Of a stretch of DNA of 64,000 nucleotides, positions 48,383 to 58,900 are shown one piece after another. Numbering within the stretch: position 1 is the stretch's first letter; each line of letters starts with the position of its first letter. Position numbers and translations under genes: made by a program. The notes below the pieces were generated by a model. The model saw only the letters and a list, made by a program, of their open reading frames with translations, ran no database searches and was not told the DNA's origin. Where the stretch lies: IMG/VR virus record IMGVR_UViG_3300025699_000004; one strand, given 5' to 3'. Source of the DNA: a virus.

Positions 48383-49149
48383 TATCTAACCCTCTCTGTT
48401 ATGCTAATTGATCCACCTAAGACATCTCCCTTTGATACCGAAAGGTTCTGGGAATATATCACCCCCTCACACTCTATTACCTCGCCCCTTCTGGAGTTAT
48501 TCATTGATTTGGGGGTTAATGAAACCTTAGCTATATTCTTTCCTGAAAAATCAATAAAAGATCCTATGTTTTCGCCGTCTATAGAAAGGCTTTTTGTGAC
48601 CGTTCCATACCTAACACCGCAAGCGAATTCACTTCCTATTTCATAACTCGGCACTCTTTCACAATCAACGGAATAATTTATTGAAACAGGGTAATCAATA
48701 CCGACATTAATTGAATCTATATTATTAATATCAGTATAAGCCCCGTTGGCGAAGTCTAATGCATTTCCAGAAAAAGAATCTGGAGTTATAGAGCTTTCAT
48801 CGTAACCGCTAAATATAGAGAAATTCGCCGAAAAGACAACTGGCACATAAGGCTCAATATCTACAGAATATTTATTTAGATATGCTCCAGAAAACTTAAT
48901 TCCACCAAAAGATCCGCTGCATGAATGGTCTCCAGTGAGTGATGATATATGATCTTCTAGACCAGTCACATAATAACTAACATTCAACGATGCACTCAAT
49001 GCTGCATTAGCCCTATAATCCACAGAGTTAACCTCTATTGGTTTACTAGGAGCCAAGGAGGCATCAGCGTTTAAATCCGCAGATAAACCGAGCATTTTCT
49101 TGCCATTGATCTCGACCAAGCATTCGTTATATTTTATATACTTACTCAT
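48382..49149 (-). CDS. Tail tube/baseplate-fold minor tail protein (putative)
   Basis: Position after the TMP; beta-strand pattern PVSINYSVDCERVPSYEIG resembles tube proteins. Confidence 0.5.
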   Translation of the reverse strand: MSKYIKYNECLVEINGKKMLGLSADLNADASLAPSKPIEVNSVDYRANAALSASLNVSYYVTGLEDHISSLTGDHSCSGSFGGIKFSGAYLNKYSVDIEPYVPVVFSANFSIFSGYDESSITPDSFSGNALDFANGAYTDINNIDSINVGIDYPVSINYSVDCERVPSYEIGSEFACGVRYGTVTKSLSIDGENIGSFIDFSGKNIAKVSLTPKSMNNSRRGEVIECEGVIYSQNLSVSKGDVLGGSISITERVR

Positions 49150-49970
49150 ATATATCTTATACTCGGTGGGTTATGGGTAGACAAAGAATAACTGAGAGAT
49201 ACAGTTACTGAATTTTCCGTAGATGCAGATAAAACTTCAGAAGTTAATTTAGCTCCGCTTAGATTATATATAATTTTTTTATTAATGTCACACTTATCTG
49301 ATAAAGAAATTTCTATATTTTTCTCATGTATTCCTGTTTTTATATAACCATAAAGATCTCTAGATTCATAATCATCAACTTCTATATTAACTGCGAAGTT
49401 ACATCTATAAGGAGTCATTCTTAAAACTTCACATGGATAAAAACTCCCTATTTTAAATGCTGGTTTATTTTCTAATGAAATAGAGTAAGAAAAGCTTGTA
49501 ACTCTATTAGTTTGCCTTCCATCGCAATTTATCATTATACCACTAGACGCAGGGACAAATGGCCCCTGTTGCTCTCGTGTGTTGCTAAAAACCACATTAG
49601 GCCCCATATCGCCATACACATCAAAAGATATTGAAGAAGACGGTATCTCATCAACTTGAAATGAAGCAGAATAAGAAGATAGAAATCCACTATTAAAAGC
49701 TAATTTCCTATTATTATATAAAACTGCTCCTCCAAATCCTGAGCCAGTAACTAAGTCAGTTATCTCTTCGTCAGATGTCAACATCTGTTTCTCGAAAGAA
49801 AAATTAGCCCTACCAGGAGCATTTTGTATTAAATTTGGATCTCCCTCGTATCCTAAAAATAAATTCTCTTGAGTTGGTATCGAATAATTACCCCTTACAG
49901 AAGATACCCCAGATAATTTTGTGCCATCAATCACGAAGCCCTGATCTTCAGTATAAACCAAGCCTTTCAT
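49146..49970 (-). CDS. Tail tube-fold minor tail protein (putative)
   Basis: RVTSFSYSISLENKPAFKIGSFYP and LSGAKLTSEVLSAS.ENSVTVSLSY echo motifs in the major tube protein. Confidence 0.55.
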   Translation of the reverse strand: MKGLVYTEDQGFVIDGTKLSGVSSVRGNYSIPTQENLFLGYEGDPNLIQNAPGRANFSFEKQMLTSDEEITDLVTGSGFGGAVLYNNRKLAFNSGFLSSYSASFQVDEIPSSSISFDVYGDMGPNVVFSNTREQQGPFVPASSGIMINCDGRQTNRVTSFSYSISLENKPAFKIGSFYPCEVLRMTPYRCNFAVNIEVDDYESRDLYGYIKTGIHEKNIEISLSDKCDINKKIIYNLSGAKLTSEVLSASTENSVTVSLSYSLSTHNPPSIRYI

Positions 49971-49971
49971 T

Positions 49972-52900
49972 TTACCTCAAGGAACCGCCTACTCTTTTTT
50001 CTTGTTGTATTACTTGCAATACCGCAGCTTTTACTTTTTCTGCAAATTTCTTTGGGTTTTCTGGAGAACTTCCGCCTGAAGAGGTTTTTGCTGACCCAGA
50101 AGAATCTACATTAACATTGATATTAACTTCGTTGTTATTATTAACACCTTGAGCGCTTGATCCTGACGAACCAGTATTTAAAGTTCCATTGTTTATTTTA
50201 GACATCGTGGAGCTTCCGTACTTGTTAACGGCAGAAGGATTCATTACGTATTCTCCTCCCTGAAGCATCGCTGGAACTTTCCCCCCAGAAGAGTTATATA
50301 TAACTCTACCGCTCTTACTTATGCTTGTTTTAATCCCTGACTCTTGAGCCGCAATTGCTGCCTGAGTCGGATTTTGTTTAGCCATTCTGTTTATAAACGA
50401 CTTGGCCGAATATACATCATCTGGATTTTGGTAGACCTTACCAATAGAGTTTCCCTTTGTGTTGACAAACCCTTTTTTATCCATTTGTGATGTGACCCCT
50501 TTTCTTGCCCTGGATTTTGAAAAATCTGTATTCTTATACCAATCCATTCCCTTTGATAAAGCAACACCTCCCGCTATACCTAACAATGCACCCTGCCAAG
50601 CTTTTCTTTTTTGAGTGCGAGCCCTTTGGTAATTCTCATCTCTGCTTTTCCTTTGCTTAACGGTCTGAAGGTCTTGCCTGAATTGATTTTCCTGCTCGTC
50701 AAAATACTCTTGAATAGTTCTGTCGTTAGCTCTTGCGTAACCACTGAGCCTAGAGTCCATTCCTGTATCCGCGCTTTTAGTCTTGTAAGTAGTTATATCT
50801 CCGTATTTACTTTCATCTACCACGGCTTCTCTAACAGCTGCTCTTGGAGAACTCATTGATAATGATACGGGCCCTCCTTTGGCATATCCAGATATTTCTC
50901 CATTATTTAATTTATTTAAAAAATCAGATCCGTATCTTTGAACAGCGCTTTTCTTGATAACATATTCTCCGCCCATCAGCATTGCTGGAACATCATCTCG
51001 AACACCACTACCTCCTGAGACATAACCGCCTTCAGCTTTCCCTAAACCAAACAAACCTTGCATTCCTCCCACCAACCTACTAGAAGCACTTTGCAAAAAT
51101 GCTTGTTGTACCATTTGCAACAAAGATATTCCAATTTCTTTTATTTTTCCACTTAAATCGTCCGCTTTATTTAAAGCTAAAGTCATGGCGCTAGTAAGCC
51201 CATCCCTAAATGCAAAAGGAAGATCCTGCCCAAGCTTTACATAAATAGATTCTGCCTGAGAATCCAAAGCGGCAAATCCTTGACCAAGGCCTAGATTCAT
51301 GTTTGTTCTAAACTCATTTCCAAATCCCCCATCCCTAGGAGTGACTCTTTCCATTTGCCCTGTCAATTCAACAATCTGTTCCTCCAAGCTAACCATTGCT
51401 TCTGCAGCTTTCCTCCTTTCTTCTGAACCTATAGCAGAATCACTAAAATTTTTCGTTTCGCTTACGAAATCTTTGTTCATTTGTATAAGAGAAGATCTTT
51501 GTTTTACAGTTCCTATGCTTTGCCTTCCTGCGGCAAGCCTTGCATTTTGCACCTCCAGCCTACTTGCTCCTGGATCATTTTGCAAAACCTTAAAAGCTTT
51601 TTCCGCTTCGGCTTGCTTGGCTATCCTGTCAATGCTTGATATTCTTCCCGCCGAAACATTATCCATGTCTCTTAGGTCGTTCAATCTATTAATTGATCCT
51701 CTTGATCCAGACATCACCCTGAAATCAGCCACTTTATTTTTTAAATTTGTGTTTTTTAGTGTGAGATTGTTTGCCTTCTTAAATGCGTCTTCCGCTATAA
51801 TCAAAGCTTCAATACCTTCTATAGCAGTATCTATTTGAAGTTCCAACTGTTCCCCAGAATCTCCACCTTTAGCAGACATTGTCTTTAGCTCTTTTAATTT
51901 ATTCTTTGAATTTTCAAGCCCCATTGAATCAAGTGAAATTGCCTCGACTTTTCCTGCAAAAGCATCGGTACTCTTAAAATTAATTCCGCCATTGGGGTTC
52001 ATCATCTCCCTGGTTACTTTATCAACTTCCGCTTGAACATCTTTAAGAGTTATAACCTTTTGATTTGCTGGATCGGTTGACACTCGTTCAACTTGTTTTT
52101 GAGCGTCTCTAAGTTTTTTCTTATTTCTTAATACTTCTTCTCGTGCTGACGTATCAATCACTCTACTTGCATTTAATTTTGCTTGAGTATTTTTTAGATC
52201 TTTTTCAGCTTTATCCATTTCTGTCTTGAGGTCTGTTACTCTTCTTGGCCCGATTGCCTGACCCTTACCCGCTTCGTATCTTTCCTCTGCTTTTGCAAAC
52301 GCTTGCTTGTCTACATTTAACATATCTCCCAAAAATTGTTTCCTGCTTCCAGTATCGTTAGCTTTTTTTTGGGATGAATTCAATTCTTTTTGAATATTAG
52401 TTCTTTTTGAGATGGCTTCCTTTTTCTTAAGTAATCCAGTTTCATTTAATCCTAAATTTATTTTCTTATCCAGATTGGGGGGATTTTTTCCAGTCAGAGG
52501 CTCTAGTAAATCTTTAACAGCACTTCCTAAATTATTTAAAGCAAAAATCACTTTTTGGTCACTTAATAACCTTCTTATTTCCATCTTTGCTCTGGCCGCT
52601 AATTCTTTACCCTGGATCGATTCTTGCTCTTTAAATATTTTTTCTTGAATATCAGTTTGTCTTCTATTCTCTTGCCTAGTTGAGCCAGATCTAAATATAC
52701 CATCTTTTTCAAAATTTAAATTTGCTTGAGTTAACTTCGATTTAGCTTGAGCCCTAGCTATCGTATTATCTTCTTTCGATGCATTAAAAGACATCCTCAT
52801 TGATTGAGTCGTCATTAATTCATTAATTCTTGCTGAAATAATATTTTGAGATTCTTGCAATATAAGAGCTTCTTGTTGAACTTTTATTTTTTCTAGTTCT

Positions 52901-55900
52901 AATTCTTTTTGTCTGTCAATTACAGAAATTATATCTTGTATAACTTTAATAGTTGCATCGTCAGTTTGTTTCTCAAAATCTAAATTAAACTCAGCTCCCT
53001 GGGCGAACTTTCCGCCCACACCTGCTTTTGCTGCGTCCGCCAGTTTGATAGTTAATTTATTTATCTGTTCATCGGAAAGAGCGACTAAGTCCCTAAGCTC
53101 GCTCATGTCATCTCTGTTCTTAAGATTATTCCTTATGCCATTGGGAGTCCCTATAAATGATTTCCGCATCTTATTGATCTGTTCGAGCCTAGCTTCAGGA
53201 GTCTCCGCTCCACCCAGAATATCCATCGTTCCAGTTATTTTTCCAGAATTCAACTGATCTCTTAATACTTGAAACCCTTCAGTTGCTACTTTATTAAGTA
53301 TCGCTGCTTGCTGGGTAATTTGTAAATTAGTTCCTTTTAATTTTTGCTGAAACTTTGTCGCAAAACCTGCTCTAGAATTTAAGTCATTAGCTTCGATTTG
53401 AGATGATCTCAACGCTTCAGTCGAAGATATTGTTCTTCTTGACATTCTTTTTTGAATATCAGAACCTTGGAATCCCGAAAATTGAGACGAAAATCTTATT
53501 GCACTATTTTGTCTTTGTCCAACACCAGCTGATCTTATCGACTTTATTTGAGCTTCTTGTTTTAAATTAGCTATAGTCGTAGCAAAAGCTTTATCTAAAT
53601 TAAATATCCTTCCAGATAACTTTTCACTCTCTTTCCTCATTTTAAGATTAGCTTCTACAGTTTTTTCTGTTGATTTTAACAGAGCATCGAATGATTGATC
53701 TCCTTTGTTGTAGGCCGCTATTAAAGATTGAAACTGCCTATCTGTTAGTGCCGCAGCTTCAGCTAGCTTGCCAAGATGTTGAGCGGCATCAGCTTCCTGG
53801 TCTCTTATTATTTCTAGTTCAGTTTTAGCGATTTCCTGTTCTCCATATTGTCCCACCGCATACCCCGCAGATGCGCCCGCAGCCATCGTTGCTCCTACCG
53901 CAGTGAGACCCAAGGAGGCTCCAAAAGTAGGTATGGCTGCTAGTGCGCCAACTACTGCGAGACCTATGCCCGCACCTATTCCTAGTCCCCATCCGCCCAA
54001 TCCTTCGAAAGTTCCTACATCTCCACTCGCTCTTCTTTTTATACCTTCTAATTCTTCTGGAGTTCTCAACAAACCTTTAGAGCTTAATTCTTTTCTTTGA
54101 TTTCTTATTCCAGCTATAGCGTCCTTAAATTTATCCTCTTTAAGTAAGCCTGAAGAAATTTGTTGGGCGACAATATTACCAAAAGCTAAACCTTGAGACT
54201 TTGAGTCTTTATTTTTTGTTGCAACTGAAAAATTTTGAATTGATGCGTCTATGCTTAATCTATCTTGAAGCCTTTTGTTCAAATTTTTCATTGCGTCAGC
54301 ATTGCCCATAGCATTAGACATTTCGTCAAAAACTTCGACATCAGCAATCTGTCCCAATGTGGCATTTATAGCCGCGTCAATTCTTTTCAACCCTTGTTCA
54401 TCTCCTTGCCCAAACGCTGTAGCTCTTGTGCCCATTAATCCTTCTAATTGAGTTCCAGCCTGAACACTTCTACTTAAAAGTTGCAATTGCTTTTCTTGTT
54501 TTTGAACTATTTCATCTATAGAAAGAGTCATCTTCTTTGATGAAGAGACAAAACCTATTGCTGCTCCAACTAGCATTCCAGGTAAACCGAAAAGAGCTCC
54601 TATACCTGCCCCCATCATTGTTGAGGACATTCTTTCTTTATCTCCACCCTCTGTTATTTCAAAATTACCGCTTTGCTGATTAAAAGTAGCTCTTTCATCC
54701 CTCGCTCTTGTTGGAGAAACCATTCCAGCTAACATAGGTAATGCAAAAGATAGGCCTAGCCCAAGCTGGCCTCCCATACCGCCCATCTTTCCAAAACTAC
54801 CAAGAGCCCCTTTACCTCTTGTAACTAACCCTCCCGCTCTATTAGCTATACCTGACCCCATCCCACCTTGACCAGACATTCCTCCAAAAAAACCAGCTCT
54901 TATATTATTACCTCTAGCTAAGTGTGATTGAGCTTTTGCCGCAAATCCAGAAGGCTGTGCTCTTTGCTGCTGGGCAGCGTTAACGACCTCTTTCCTTACC
55001 GCCTCCAACCTCTTGAAAGCTGCGGGATTCGCCGCTATTCTTGCAGCTTCTTTTTGAAGCCCTTTAGTTAAACTTTTGATTTGTTTTTTATTACCGTCTG
55101 CAACAGCTTTTTCTAAGGATTTTAAATCTCTTGTAAATCCAGTAGAGGTTGTTCTTACGCCTTTTTGGTCTGTAGTTAATTTCCCGAATTCGCCCTTCAT
55201 TAAACCTCCTCTAGCCAGAACACCCGAAGAAGAAGTGACTCCTGCTGAAGCTGCGAATTTAGAAAAATCACTAGCTGCCCCTCTGCCTCCAGCCATCATT
55301 ACTGAATTCATCGCTTTAGTTCCCATGCCTTCGGTATTAACTCCTTTTTGCCCTAAGTAATCCCGAAGAAATACTTTATTTAAATCTGACTTAGAATACC
55401 CTTTTGTTCCAAACACCCTATCGGAAACCTTGTTCATAGCCGCTTGATTAGCTATTCCACTGCCCAATTGCTGGCCCAAGAATTTAGGCGAATTCATAGA
55501 TGCTTTTGCTGATTTGTCTAAAGTTTTATTCAGGTTCTGTAAAGCTCTTAATGTAGTATTATCCCCAGAGGCTTTAGCTGTAACCATTTTTTCCTTCAAC
55601 ATGTCTTCGTTAAGCTTTCCTCCGCTCATAACGCTAGACATTAAAGGGCCAACTCTGCTATCTTTCATCATTGCTTGAGCAGCATCGTTTCTAAATAACT
55701 GCCTAGCAAAACCTTTATTTCTGTCGCTTAAATTTCCCCTGGATGATTGAGTCCTGACTTCAGCCTCTTTAGCTGATTTAGCTGTATTACCAAATGAAAT
55801 AGCTGCTTTTTGCATTTCGGCTTTTAATTTTTTAGAGCTTGCAGTAGCAGCATCTATTGCTTGGCTGGCATTATAAAAAGATTTCTCCATAGATTTCAAA

Positions 55901-58900
55901 CCCATAGATTCATTAGTCTTATAAGCCATTCTTTTGTTCGCCAAAAAATCTTGAGCCGTTAGTGGAGTTGCATAATTTGGAATCACTCCTTTCGATGAAC
56001 CCTGTCTTGGATTTAATCTCCCATGCAATTTTCTAGCATTCGCTAGCTTTCCGCCTTCTTGCTCGTTATTAACCACAGCAAGCCCAGGATTGGTAAGGCT
56101 TTTTAGAGATGGAGCTGTTACAACTTTAGGAGTTACGCCAAAAGATGCTTCTCTCGATACAGCATTAGACACGGCGTTTGTGAATTCAGGTTTTGTAGAT
56201 AATACATCTCTTGCTCCTGGACCAAATAAGCTATAATTAGGTATATGCCCGTCGCCTTTCAATCCAAACTTCCTTCTTGTTCTAGCGCTTAACGGCTGGC
56301 TAAATAAATTTCTATCAAAACCAGAGCCGCGCGGAGCACCTGTTTGTTTTTTCTTCTCGAAAAGGTCTTTATAAATCTTGTTTATTCTATCTGACTCAAC
56401 CCCCGCTAAAGTCGCAGCCCGCCTAGCTGAATAATTTTCTTTCTCCATTAAATCTTGAGCTTTTATAGAAGCGATCCCGCCTTTACCCAATGCTGAGCCC
56501 AATACAGCGTCTCGTGCCGACATCCCAGTTGAGTTGCCAAAAGAAGCTCCTTGATTTATTCCTATTATATCTCGCAATAATCCAGAATCTACAGCTCGAC
56601 GTGTAATAGCCTCATCCCCTCTAAATCTTCCGCTTGTCGCACCAAATTTATTATTTACAGTCTTAAGATTACCATCTTTATCTATATATTGCGACCCAAG
56701 GGCAAGCCCTCCTGATCCCCCTGGAGCTCTTGGATTGCCTGGGTTACCCAGTCTTGATAAAGCAGTTAGGACGTCAGGGTTTGATCTGGAAAGGTTGTGG
56801 AAAAGTCTTTTGCGCTTATCTAAATTGCTTAAATTTCTTTCTGGATCAAAAGGCAATCCAAGTGGGATCTTAGGTGCCATAGCTTCATTTTGACGAATAA
56901 GATGCGCCATTGGTATGTTCATTCTAAAAGAAGGATCAAGAACATGGCCACTTCCCCTCGTTTGTTTAAAAGCTTTTTGTATATACCCTTGAACAGACCC
57001 GCTCTTTGATCCAGGAGACGATGCTCCAGCAGTTAAAAAGTCTTCTCTTATTAAACTTAACCTGTCTTTCTTTTTTTGCCCAGGAATTAGGCCATCATCA
57101 ATACTTTTTACTCTTGGTATCATTCCATGCTTAGACATGAAATGTTTTTTCTCATCTGCTGTTAAGGCGGATTCTATTCCTATGGAAGTAGATTTTCCAG
57201 TGATATATCTAAAAAAAGATTTCATAACATCAGGGTTCTGCAGGATTTCTCCCTGCCTTTTATTGCTTAAATAATCTAATCCTAATGTATTAGAACTTCC
57301 TTTTGGGAAATTTGACTGAAAATCCTTCATTGACATTCCAGGATAAGATCCTTTAAAGTCAAAAATCCCCTCCTTGACATACATTTTCATAGCCTGTTTC
57401 AATTTCTGCTCAGGCATAAACTCTAAAGCTTTCAGAAATGATATTCGATCCCCCGTTCTTGGCATTGACATGGGGAGATTTTTATCATAATGGAAAGCTG
57501 AATAATTTGGAACGAATCCAGAATTTGCCATATTTGGATCAACTTTTAAATGCTTTCCTTGAGATACGACACTTTGAATTCTATTTAACTTTAGTTTTCT
57601 AAATGCATCAGCCCCTTCACCTGTTGATCCGATCCACATAGAGCGGGTGCCTGTAGCTTTATCCATTTCTCCATAAGAAACATAATTGCCAGGAGGAGGT
57701 GCTCCTTTTTTATATTTATTTACTCCCCATCTAGCATTTTTATAAGTTAAATCGTTGCCAGCTTTAGATGTATAGTTTAAAGATTTAAATAAGCCAGTTG
57801 TTAAGATATTATCCAACTCCTTCATTCCTATCGTATCATCAAACTTATTTGAATGTATTTTGCCTTGCCCTATACTTTTAATTTTATTCGCATTTAACCT
57901 CATTCCAAAATTAGGAACGAACCCTTCGCTAGTGCTCATGTCCCATTTTCCTGGTTTGTCTATTCTCAAACTGCCAAACATATTTTTTGGTATTAAAGTA
58001 TGAGGAAAAAGATGAGGAGGTATCGGTCTATCAGGTTTCATATAGCCAGATTTCCAATACATCATGGCCGCTTTCTCCATCATTGAAGGGCTAAGGTCTC
58101 TAAATCTTTTGCCTACAGATCTTCCTGATGAAACTTTTGGAGTAAAATACTTTTTAGGCCCAGGATTTCTCAAACTTGCATTCATCTCATCAAGCCAAGT
58201 ATTCATAGCTTTATCATCCGAATTCATTTGAGAAGGTAAACCTTTCCCCCTTCTTGCGAAATTAGGAATATGCCCGCCCGACATTCCTATTTTTTCTAAC
58301 ATTGCTTTGGGTACATTATTAGCTGATCCAAAATTATTAGGACCTCCTTTTACTCTTAACATTCCTATTGCGACTTTTTGCAAATCATCAGGAAGGTCTC
58401 TTATGCGTAAGTTTCCTCTATGTTTCCCCTTCGCTTTTAAGTCCGAGCCCACCTTGTTGTCTTTCCTCGTCTTATTCATCCTTAAGATATCGTCGGCCAG
58501 TGTAAGGCCCAAGACAGAGGCGGGAAGGGCTCCTCCAAGCACGGCAGATATTAAGTCTATATGGCTTGTTGGGTTTTGAAATACATCTAAAACTCCCTTC
58601 CCTAATTTTCCGCCCATCTCAAGAGCTTTAGGTCCATATTTACCTACAGCCCCCATGATTTGATCTTGAAATTTATACCCTAAACCTCCCCCTCCTCCAT
58701 AAAGAGTTGCTCTAGGAAATTTCTTCATAAGATCAAAACCTTTGCCTAATCCATGTTTTCCAGCTTCAAAAATGTTGGTATATGCATTATACCCCCCCTT
58801 TGCAGTGCCAATAATACCTCTCCTTATAAGGTCGCCGCCTTTATCAGCTATATTATACCCCCCTTTTAACAAAGAGCCTATATCTTTAAAAGGTGTGCTT

